A stretch of 64,000 nt of DNA from Candidatus Bathyarchaeota archaeon (GTDB taxonomy: Archaea > Thermoproteota > Bathyarchaeia > 40CM-2-53-6). The translations under genes and the position numbers were made by a program. Positions 21,063 to 29,868 of this stretch are shown here, one piece after another. Under the pieces are notes generated by a model. It was given only the letters and a program-made list of their open reading frames with translations. It searched no databases and had not been told where the DNA came from. The stretch is taken from contig CAWHWX010000001.1 in NCBI GenBank assembly GCA_963833125.1, positions 288,001-352,000 of the forward strand, written 5' to 3'. The first letter of the stretch is position 1; every line of letters begins with the position of its first letter.

Positions 21063-22428
21063 TTATTTCTTGAGTGGGTCCACTTGTGGCTTGGAGGTTT
21101 TCAGTCTGTCCCAGAGTTTCGCAGCAGCAGCCTGCGCTAAAGATTGTGCCTTATCCTCGTCGAAGGTAACGAGTTTCTTGTTTTTGACGATTGGTTTTCC
21201 TTCGACGAGGACTGTTTCCACGTCGTCCCCATCTACCGTGTTGATCAGATGTCCGACGACGCTGCTCGCGTTGAGCGGTGTGGGGAGGATGGTTGGTTTG
21301 ATTAGGATGATGTCAGCCTTCTTCCCAGGCTCGATTGAGCCAACCTCCTTTCCCATCCCATAGAGTCCGGCCCCATTTACTGTCGCCATTTCGAGAATTG
21401 TGTATGGGTCGATGGCGTTAGGATTCTTGTGGTAGACTCTGTGTAGTAGGAAGGCTGCTCGCATGTTCTCGAACATGTCGAAGATGTAACCGTCGTTTCC
21501 TAACCCCACTCTCACGTTGTGCTTCAGCATTTGAAGAAGGGGCGCAACGCCAACGGCGTTTAGCATGTTACTCATGGGGTTATGTGCAACCCCGGTGTCC
21601 GTTTCCGCGAGAATGCCGATCTCCTTCTCATCGAGATTGACACAATGCGCAAGAACAACATCAGGGCCTAGCAATCCCACGTCGCGCAGACGTTCTACCG
21701 TTCGTTTGCCATAATTCTCCAGATTGTGATGCACATCCCCTAACCCTTCTGACGCGTGAATCGTGATAGGGGCGTGATATTTTTGGGCAAGCTGCTTGAC
21801 GCGACGTATGAGCCCGTCGGAGACTGTGAATGAAGCATGGATGCTGAAGAGCGGCCTTGCCTTACTCTCAGGTTTCACCTTCTCCGCGAACCGAACGTTC
21901 TCCTGAACCCCATTAGCCCCTTCCTCTGCTGAGTGGCGCTCGGTTGCTTCGAAAGAAATGAACCCCCTAATTCCGATCTCCCCAACCGCCCTCGCGATAT
22001 GGTCGAGAACGCCGGAGATCGAGTTAGGGCCGGAGTATGTGTCGGCGAAAGTAGTTACGCCAGATTTCGCGAACTCCAGACAGGCGACGAGAGCGCTCGC
22101 GTATGCGTCTTCAAAATTCATCGCCTCATCAACGGGCCACCAGACTCGCTGGAGGATTTGAGTGAACTCGGAAGGTGGGTCTATGTTGAGAGATGCGCCC
22201 CGTAACAACATGCCGTAAAGATGGGAGTGACTGCAGACTATCCCGGGCATTACGATTCGGCCTGTGGGCGTCGATAATCTCGGCCCGCCCGTGTTTCTTC
22301 TCTAGGTTCGCAGTCTTATCGACTTCAACAACTCGACCCGCTTCAACGGCTACGGCGTGATCTTCTAGAATTCTCCGGTGCTTGTCCATCGTGACTAGAA
22401 CGCCATTCTTTATGAGTAGATCAACCAA
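21063..22428 (-). CDS. Amidohydrolase family protein (MTA/SAH deaminase or SsnA-like; frameshift near 22260)
   Basis: HSH, IHASE, LAHCV, GLGND and GSIEPGKKAD. Confidence 0.88.
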
Positions 22429-22481
22429 GATTGAAACCAGTTCATGGTGGGAACCATCTGATAAAATAGGTTGCGTTATCG

Positions 22482-23081
22482 TTGGAGCTTCTTATTGTTG
22501 GGTTAGGTGATTCCACCACTGCTGGGACGCCGGGCTTCCTCTCGCCACTTGAAGTCCCACCGGAGGGCCGCGGCAACCGTGAGAGTCAGTATGAGTATTG
22601 GATGATGAAGAACCACCCTGAGTGGGCAGTTCTGAATAAGGGCGTCAACGGCCAGAGGTCAGATGAGATCCTAGCGAGGTTGGACCGTGACGCAATCAAA
22701 GTGAAGGCAGACTATGTAATTATTCTCGCAGGCGTGAACGACATCTACCAGGGCGCGCCAATAGAATTTACCAAGAATAGCCTCCTACTCATGTACCAAA
22801 ATTCGATCTCGGCTGGAATTCGACCCGTATCGGCATCAGTGCTGCCATACAACACAGCTTCTCCCTCAGAAGTTACGGCATTGAGAGATCTGAACAGCTG
22901 GATAGAGTATACATCCAACCGACTTGAAATTCCTTTCTGTAACACAAACCTTGCAGTTGCCGATCCAAAAAACCGGAACCGTTTGAGCGGTTCGCCTGAC
23001 GGATATCATCTAGACGTTTCAGGGTATCGAAGTATGGGCGAGTCACTCGCGCGAGTAATAGAAGCGGATATTGAACGCTAA
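22482..23081 (+). CDS. SGNH/GDSL hydrolase
   Basis: GDST, NKGVNG, GVND and DGYH blocks. Confidence 0.9.
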   Translation: MELLIVGLGDSTTAGTPGFLSPLEVPPEGRGNRESQYEYWMMKNHPEWAVLNKGVNGQRSDEILARLDRDAIKVKADYVIILAGVNDIYQGAPIEFTKNSLLLMYQNSISAGIRPVSASVLPYNTASPSEVTALRDLNSWIEYTSNRLEIPFCNTNLAVADPKNRNRLSGSPDGYHLDVSGYRSMGESLARVIEADIER

Positions 23082-23120
23082 CAATTCCTTGATATAATTG
23101 GGAACGAAGATTCGTCGAAG

Positions 23121-24479
23121 TTGGGCGCTTTGCCGACTATTCTCGTTGAAAACGCAAGAATTCTGCGTGAAGGCAAACTTACGCGCGCAAACATTTTGGT
23201 CGGAGATGGAAAGATCAAGTCAGTCACCGGATCAAAGAAACCTAATTCAGATGAGAAAATCGATGCGAAGGGGCGATTTGTGATGCCTGGTTTGGTGGAC
23301 GGGCATGCCCACCTTTATGATCCCGCTTTCACGAATCGTGAAGACTTCACAAGTGGAACGTCTGCAGCGGCCGCAGGGGGCGTCACCACCGTGATTGAGA
23401 TGGTTCTCACAACTCCAGTCGACTCACCTGAACGGGTCCGGGTTAAGATTGAGGAGGGACTGCGGAGTTCGTTGATTGATTTCTCTTTCCACGCTGGGAT
23501 GATGAATTTGAACAACCTGCCGAATATTTCTGCGATTGCAGAACTGGGCGTGCGTTCGTTCAAAACTTTCACCTGCAAACCCTACTACGCCGACGACCAC
23601 ACCCTTATGTCACTCATGCGGGAAACAGCAATGAATCATTCAATCCTGAACGTTCACGCTGAAGATGAACAGATCGCGAACGAGAACTTACAGAAACTTC
23701 TGGCATTGGGTAGGAAGGATCCGATGGCGCATGCGGAATGGAAACCCAATATTGCTGAAGCGCAGGCGGTGAAGAAGGTTATTGAATTTGCGCGGGGAAT
23801 AGGTGCTCGCCTTCATATCTCCCACATGTCGACCCATGAAGGGGTTGCTGCAGTCAAGAAAGCGAAGAAGAGTTGGGTAAGGGTGACGACGGAGACCTGT
23901 CCTCACTATCTTACGTTTACCCGCAAAGACATGAAGAAACAGGGGCCGTACCTGAAGATGAACCCGTCACTTAAGGGTCCAAGGGATGTGGAGGCTCTTT
24001 GGAGAGGTCTTCGCGATGGAACCGTTGACATTGTAACCTCCGAACATGCGCCTGGCTTGAGAGCGGAGAAGGAGATGGGGTGGAAGGATATTTGGAAGGC
24101 GTGGGGCGGCGTCCCAGCCATTGAAACAATGCTTCCCGTCCTGTTAAGCGAAGGAGTAAACAAACACCGCCTAACCCTTCCAACACTCCAAAGAGTTTGC
24201 TGTGAGAACCCCGCCAAAATCTTCGGCAACTACCCAAGAAAAGGCAACATAGAGGAAGGAGCGGATGCAGATCTCGTAATAATCGACTTGAAGATGAAAA
24301 GAAAAGTCAGGGGAGAAGACCTTCACCAAAAAGCCGACTGGACTCCCTATGAGGGGTGGATTTTGAAAGGTTGGCCGATCCTTACCATGCGCCGAGGACA
24401 AATAATCTACCAGGACCAAGAAATAGTAGGTGCGCCCGGTAGTGCCGAGTTCTTACCCATGTCCCTGGAATCGGGTTGA
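23121..24479 (+). CDS. Cyclic amidohydrolase (allantoinase/dihydropyrimidinase-like)
   Basis: DGHAH, AAAGGVTT, HAED, HISH, ETCPHYL, KMNP and SEHAP. Confidence 0.88.
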   Translation: MGALPTILVENARILREGKLTRANILVGDGKIKSVTGSKKPNSDEKIDAKGRFVMPGLVDGHAHLYDPAFTNREDFTSGTSAAAAGGVTTVIEMVLTTPVDSPERVRVKIEEGLRSSLIDFSFHAGMMNLNNLPNISAIAELGVRSFKTFTCKPYYADDHTLMSLMRETAMNHSILNVHAEDEQIANENLQKLLALGRKDPMAHAEWKPNIAEAQAVKKVIEFARGIGARLHISHMSTHEGVAAVKKAKKSWVRVTTETCPHYLTFTRKDMKKQGPYLKMNPSLKGPRDVEALWRGLRDGTVDIVTSEHAPGLRAEKEMGWKDIWKAWGGVPAIETMLPVLLSEGVNKHRLTLPTLQRVCCENPAKIFGNYPRKGNIEEGADADLVIIDLKMKRKVRGEDLHQKADWTPYEGWILKGWPILTMRRGQIIYQDQEIVGAPGSAEFLPMSLESG

Positions 24480-25066
24480 CGTACGCAATGTTATCGATAA
24501 TAGTATTAGCCGCTGGAAAATCTGTTCGAATGCGCGGCAAAAACAAACTCCTCACTCAGATCCAAGGAACGCCGATGATTCGTAGAGTTGTGCAAGCGGC
24601 TCTGAAATCAAAGGTGGACGAGGTAATCGTTGTACTCGGTTCGGAGGCGGATAAAGTTCGGAAAGTGCTCACCGACCTCCCTTGCCGGCTGGTTGTCAAC
24701 AAGATTTACGAGAAGGGACAGAGCAGCTCCGTTAAGGCCGGGCTCGGCGAAGTTAGTTCCCTGACGCGTGCAGTTCTAGTTCTACCTGGGGACGTGGCGC
24801 TGATTGACTCCCGATCGATCAACCTGGTCATAGAGAAATACAATCTTGGAAAAAATCCAATCGTGATCGCAGCTCATAAGGGCGCATCCGGGCATCCAAT
24901 TCTCTTCGATAAACAACTCTTCCCTGAGATACAGCGCATTGATGAAGAAACTTTCGGGTTGAAAGCCGTCGTTAAGCGGCATGAAGGGGAAGTAAATCTA
25001 GTTGAAACCGGCTCGCCTAATGTTCTGAAGGATGTGGATACGCCTGAAGACCTCAAGGAACTATGA
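24476..25066 (+). CDS. Nucleotidyltransferase, MocA-like molybdenum cofactor cytidylyltransferase
   Basis: LAAGKSVRM, NKLL, GQSSS, GHPILF and DVDTPED. Confidence 0.85.
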   Translation: MTYAMLSIIVLAAGKSVRMRGKNKLLTQIQGTPMIRRVVQAALKSKVDEVIVVLGSEADKVRKVLTDLPCRLVVNKIYEKGQSSSVKAGLGEVSSLTRAVLVLPGDVALIDSRSINLVIEKYNLGKNPIVIAAHKGASGHPILFDKQLFPEIQRIDEETFGLKAVVKRHEGEVNLVETGSPNVLKDVDTPEDLKEL

Positions 25067-25092
25067 GAAGGGCGAGGGTTTGAGTTTTCGTA

Positions 25093-26024
25093 CTATGAGT
25101 ATGTGTATGCTGGATAGACCCTGAGTGGCACCCCAGGTCTAATGGCTGCCTGTGCGTCAGCATTTAGTATGTAGCGGCCCGATGGGTCAGCGCTTCCCGC
25201 CTCCGCGAACAATTTAATGGCGAATTCCTTCACGGGTTTTCCCTTGTAGAGAAACGGGTAAGCCTTCGGTTTCTTGGGCAGATATTTTTTCCAGATTTGT
25301 TCGACTGGCATAATTCTCTTGAAGGCTCGATCATTGAATTCATAGAACCCAGAAAGTTCTGAATTCCTTGGAAGCCTAGAATGTCGCTCCGAAAGCTCCT
25401 CATAAGCGCCAAGAAGATATTCGTGGATTGTGTTGAAGCGGCGTTCCTTCACGTAGCCCTTGAAGAATTCGACGAACTCCCAGATCAGCTGATTCACTTG
25501 AGCCGCAACTTGTTTCATATTGGGCAGCAGAACATCTCGCGGTAGAACCTCCCGAACCAATCCAAGTTTCCCGTTACCTGAAATCGCGAGCCCGACATCG
25601 CGATATGCTTCCTTGAACCTCGCTCAACCCTGCGACTCCGAGTTGATTCTCATAGATTTCTAGCTCTAGCGCATGATCTTGCCTGAAGATTACTCCAATT
25701 TTCGTCCCAAACAATTTCGTAGCTCTTGCGCCGCATGTCCTCGACGATCAAGTTGGAGGTCTTCACAAGGCCTGCCCGTTTCAACGCGGCCAGCTGAATG
25801 CTCACGGCGTATTTGGATTTCCGAGTCTCGCGAGCCAGCTCACTCGGGGACTTGGCACCCTTGACCATCAAGAGGAGAATTTCAGCCAACGCCGCAGAGT
25901 TCAGGACCCTGCGTACGGCGGTTATTTGACGACTGAGATTCTCACCCGAATCTATCTTCACCTCAACCGCAACCCGTCTCCCCCACAATTGACGGGCCAG
26001 AACTGTTGGTTTTGTTCTAGGCAT
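25093..26024 (-). CDS. ArsR-like winged-helix regulator with C-terminal extension (frameshift near 25700)
   Basis: KSPSELARETRKSKYAVSIQLAALKRAGLV HTH; downstream ORF 25093-25560 probably the same gene. Confidence 0.65.
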
Positions 26025-26032
26025 GGTTGATT

Positions 26033-26060
26033 TTAACTAGCCAATGGTATAAGTAGTTAA
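26033..26060. promoter_or_regulatory. Inverted repeat in the divergent promoter between the regulator and SRPBCC genes
   Basis: TTAACTA-N14-TAGTTAA enclosing TATAAG. Confidence 0.45.
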
Positions 26061-26087
26061 TTCCACATTTAACCATCGGTAAGACAG

Positions 26088-26648
26088 ATGCCTCAAACTG
26101 ACGCTGATTCAATGAAAGGTACAATTTTGAAGGTTCTACAAATAGACGCCCCACCCGAACGGGTCTTCAAGGCCTTCACGAACAAGGAGGATGTCCAAGA
26201 GTGGATGGCTGACCATTACGAAATTGACGCTCGAAAGGGTGGAAAATGGAGGATGGGCGGTGAAGCGGACGGATACGTTGCGACAGGCGAGGTCGTAGAT
26301 GTTATCCCCAACGAGCTTCTCGTCTACACTTGGCAAATGAATGATTACGACACTGAAACCGGCAAGAAAGTTCCGAGTTGGATGGACACGAGCCCGACGA
26401 AGGTCACTGTTAAGTTCGAAAAGGCCGGGAGAGGCACCAAGGTCACGGTAACGCACCAAGGTTTCCCGGAACGCGACGAAGCATACTGGGGCACTGAGGT
26501 CGGCTGGGAAATGCTGGGCGGGGAGGTTCTAAAATACTATCTCGAACACACTAAGAGTGAGTTCGACAAATGGTGGAAAGAAAACGAGAGTTCATGGCAG
26601 GAACGCTGGCAGAAGACAGTGGAAACACGTGCCAAGGCAAATCAATAG
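26088..26648 (+). CDS. SRPBCC (AHSA1-like) protein
   Basis: IDAPPERVFKAFT, LVYTW, TKVTVTHQG and GW motifs. Confidence 0.88.
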   Translation: MPQTDADSMKGTILKVLQIDAPPERVFKAFTNKEDVQEWMADHYEIDARKGGKWRMGGEADGYVATGEVVDVIPNELLVYTWQMNDYDTETGKKVPSWMDTSPTKVTVKFEKAGRGTKVTVTHQGFPERDEAYWGTEVGWEMLGGEVLKYYLEHTKSEFDKWWKENESSWQERWQKTVETRAKANQ

Positions 26649-26664
26649 GAGGTGAGAAGAGAAA

Positions 26665-27084
26665 ATGGTGAAAGTAACCGACGACGGACTCTTTCCAGTA
26701 CCGCGCGACAAGGTCTGGCGTCTCATCGAAGCCCATGGGACAGACTTACGAGGCATTCATCCTAACGTCAAGGCAGTTAAGCCCCTGAACAAAGAAATGA
26801 CCAAAATCGAACAAACACGCGACATGAACGGACGAGAAGTTAAGATGGTCCTCCAAATCACGCCGAGTCCACCCGACAAGCTAACCCTCGAATTCCTAGA
26901 AGGGCCAATGACTGGCAAGATAGTCAACACCTACACCGAAGTACCTGGTGGAACAAAGGTAGTGAGCGAGTGCGATTTCAAATCGTCTATGATGGACGAC
27001 AAGCAACTGGAAGGCGCTGTTAGACAAACCCTCAATGACGGCTTCAACGAAGACCTTCGATATCTAAGCACGAAGATGAAGTAG
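26665..27084 (+). CDS. SRPBCC family protein
   Basis: PRDKVW, FLEGPMTG and GGTKV. Confidence 0.75.
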   Translation: MVKVTDDGLFPVPRDKVWRLIEAHGTDLRGIHPNVKAVKPLNKEMTKIEQTRDMNGREVKMVLQITPSPPDKLTLEFLEGPMTGKIVNTYTEVPGGTKVVSECDFKSSMMDDKQLEGAVRQTLNDGFNEDLRYLSTKMK

Positions 27085-27171
27085 CTGGGAGAGCAGTTTT
27101 TTCGGATGTTCTCCTAGCATCCCCATTATATTCCGACCTTTCGAGCTAAATGTTGAAAATCTCCGTCTTTT

Positions 27172-27198
27172 GTGTGAACCACTCAATTCCACTCACAC
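27172..27198 (-). repeat. Degenerate copy of the GTGTGTGG-N6-TGGTGCG site
   Basis: Reverse complement reads GTGTGAGTGG-AATTGAG-TGGTTCACAC (7-nt core). Confidence 0.5.
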
Positions 27199-27246
27199 CA
27201 AAACCACAACTGCAAATAAGTCATGTCAAAATGAGATTGTATTCCC

Positions 27247-27954
27247 ATGCCACAGATTCAGTTAATCGGAGACTTGACCAAGACACCCATCCCATCAGGA
27301 TCAAACATCCTGGTTGAGTTCGATCCATCATCACAGTGGTACAACGCTTCCCTCACCATCGCTGCAGGCTGGCTCAAACAAGGCGGCACTCTGATCTACA
27401 ACACGGGCGGTCAAATACCAAATGATATTCGGGCTACCCTCGGACAGCTTTCAGTAGATATTGGGGGATTGGAAAACTCAGGCAAGCTGAAGATTTATGA
27501 TTGGTATACAACCACGTTGGGTCAGAAATCGAGGGAAAAATTCGCGATTGATTCCCTAAGGATCCACGACCTTAGCATATATTTCTCGAAAGAAGCTATG
27601 CACGAATCACCCAATCCAGACCTGTTGAGAATTGGCGACAACGTTTCGACCCTAGCGAGGTTCAATGACGATAAGGCTTGGACGGAATTTCTACTAACTA
27701 GGAGTTTCCCATCTTCTGTGGTAAGAAAGTCAACCCAGATCCTTGGCATAGTAAATGGCGTTCACCCTGAGTCAGTCTACAAAACCCTCGAAGCCGGAGC
27801 GGATGGCATCATAGATTTCAAGCTTGACGAGTCAGGTAAGGAACTCCGGAACATCATGCGGGTTAGGAACATGCGTAAAGTCGTATGGGACGCACGATGG
27901 CATCAATTAACAATGCGCGAGAATCTGGAAGTCAGTTTAGAGGAATCAGGCTAA
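27247..27954 (+). CDS. RAD55/KaiC-like RecA-fold protein lacking Walker A
   Basis: IPSGSNILV, LKIYDWY, ADGIIDF and MRVRNMR; P-loop position reads EFDPSSQW. Confidence 0.8.
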   Translation: MPQIQLIGDLTKTPIPSGSNILVEFDPSSQWYNASLTIAAGWLKQGGTLIYNTGGQIPNDIRATLGQLSVDIGGLENSGKLKIYDWYTTTLGQKSREKFAIDSLRIHDLSIYFSKEAMHESPNPDLLRIGDNVSTLARFNDDKAWTEFLLTRSFPSSVVRKSTQILGIVNGVHPESVYKTLEAGADGIIDFKLDESGKELRNIMRVRNMRKVVWDARWHQLTMRENLEVSLEESG

Positions 27955-27985
27955 CCTGTGGTTTAAACCCCTGTCTAATGTGCCA

Positions 27986-28570
27986 TCATTTCAGCGCTTG
28001 CAAAATGTCTGACGTCTTCCTGACTCTTCCAATTCTTTTCAGGACGAACTCTATGGAACTCCTATGTGCTTCGGCGGAACGGTCTGACATGGCGTCTTCA
28101 GCGAAGATTTGCTGGTAGCCATACTCCTACGCGAACCTTGCGGTACTTTCTACTCCGTAAGTCGTTGCGATGCCTGCAAGCACAATTGTGTCGATCTCTC
28201 CGCGTCTGAGCCTAAGATCAAGGTCAGTTCCGTAGAATGCCCCCCACTGCCTCTTCGTTATCACTACATCAGATGGCGCAGGCCCCAATTCTGGTACTAT
28301 GTCCGCCCAATCTGCCGGCATCTCTCCTCTCGAAGGCATTGCAAGGTCAGCGATCGGTTGGAGAGCGGTTCCTTTTGAAAAGGCGACATGCACAAGGAAG
28401 ACAGGCATTTTGTTCTCTCGGGAAGCGCTAGCCAATTTCGCGGAGTTTGATATCACAGTCTTCGTGTCATACGGTTCAGTCGACATAGACGTGATTCCCT
28501 TTTGGAGATCGATCACTACGAGGGCTGTGTTCGCTTTGTTTAGAATCAGATCGCTCAATTCGCATCGCAT
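27986..28570 (-). CDS. Isochorismatase-family hydrolase (frameshift near 28127)
   Basis: VVIDLQ, KRQWGAF and GIATTYGVESTAR; continues EYGYQQIFAEDAM in another frame. Confidence 0.88.
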
Positions 28571-28720
28571 TGCAGAGCATTACAACTCATCTTCAATATT
28601 CATGTTGCCTCCTGAAAGTACCAGGTTAGCATAAGGTTCTCAGCTGCCTATGCATGAGTGCATTTTCCCATCATTTTCGTGGCCAAGGTTTAATGAGGCG
28701 TGTTTGCTTGCTTGCAGATC

Positions 28721-29812
28721 ATGCCAACAGCCAATTACGATCCCCTAGTACGTAACGTTCTTTCCAAAACGCTCGCGATTCAGTCGGGTGACGATGTCAT
28801 TGTTGAAACATGGGATCATGGCCTCCCCATTGCCGCGAATTTCATTTACCGACTGCGCGAGCTAGGCGCGCGCCCAATGCTATGGTTCGAGCATGAGAAA
28901 ACATTCTGGCAATCGATTGATTCACTTCCCGAAGATAAGCTGGGGAAGGTGGGTGACCATGAATGGGCTGCGATTGAGAAAGCTAAAGGATACATCTTCA
29001 TCACAGGACCTGCTGAGTTCTCCAGGGTATGGAAGAATCCGGCAAAATTCGGAGCGGCTACGGGCTATAATGAGGAATGGTACGAGAGAGCTAAACGCTA
29101 CCGGCTGAAAGCAGCCCGCATCGGCTTGGGTTATACTAGCGCTAATCGTGCTCGCTCATACAGGCTTCCATTAGCCGCGTGGCAGCGAATGCTGATCGAA
29201 GCATCTACTGTTGATTTCGCAGGGTTGAAAGGTCAGGTAACGAAGCTCGCTCCGTTAATGAAGAACGGCGAGGTTAAGATTACTTCTCCCAACGGAACAA
29301 ACTTGACCCTCCGACTGTTAGACCGAGAAGTTTCCTCGGAGGATTGCATAGTTGATCAGGACGATTTGGATCACGGAAGAAACGTGGCAAACATCCCCGG
29401 CGGCAACATCCTAGCCTGTCCAGATGAAATGTTCGCGGAGGGAAGGGTTGTCTTTGATAGACCAACTCCATACATGGGCAAGTGGGTAGGTGGGATGCGT
29501 TTGGATTTCAAAGACGGGATACTCACCAACTACAAGGCGACCCAAAACGTTGGTCACTTCAAAGCGAGTTACGATAAAGCCTCAGGCGAGAAGAATCGGA
29601 TTGCAGCTATTGGTGTGGGCTTGAATCCTAAGGCAAGAATAGGTTTCCTACAGGATACCATGGTCGCAGGTGCAGTCACCGTTGCAATTGGCGGTAACGA
29701 CGATATTGGCGGAGCGAGCAAGACCGATTTCTATTTCCCAGGCATCCTGACAAAGGCAACATTAACCGTCAACGGAAACACCATCGTTCGAAACGGTAAA
29801 CTGACCATGTGA
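28721..29812 (+). CDS. M29 aminopeptidase-like protein with degenerate metal ligands
   Basis: ITSPNGT, NIPGG, AEGRVVFD and GVGLNP fold markers. Confidence 0.8.
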   Translation: MPTANYDPLVRNVLSKTLAIQSGDDVIVETWDHGLPIAANFIYRLRELGARPMLWFEHEKTFWQSIDSLPEDKLGKVGDHEWAAIEKAKGYIFITGPAEFSRVWKNPAKFGAATGYNEEWYERAKRYRLKAARIGLGYTSANRARSYRLPLAAWQRMLIEASTVDFAGLKGQVTKLAPLMKNGEVKITSPNGTNLTLRLLDREVSSEDCIVDQDDLDHGRNVANIPGGNILACPDEMFAEGRVVFDRPTPYMGKWVGGMRLDFKDGILTNYKATQNVGHFKASYDKASGEKNRIAAIGVGLNPKARIGFLQDTMVAGAVTVAIGGNDDIGGASKTDFYFPGILTKATLTVNGNTIVRNGKLTM

Positions 29813-29868
29813 AACGTTCTTTTATCGAATACCAGTTATTTCAAGGCGCGCGATAAGCGAAGGAATCT

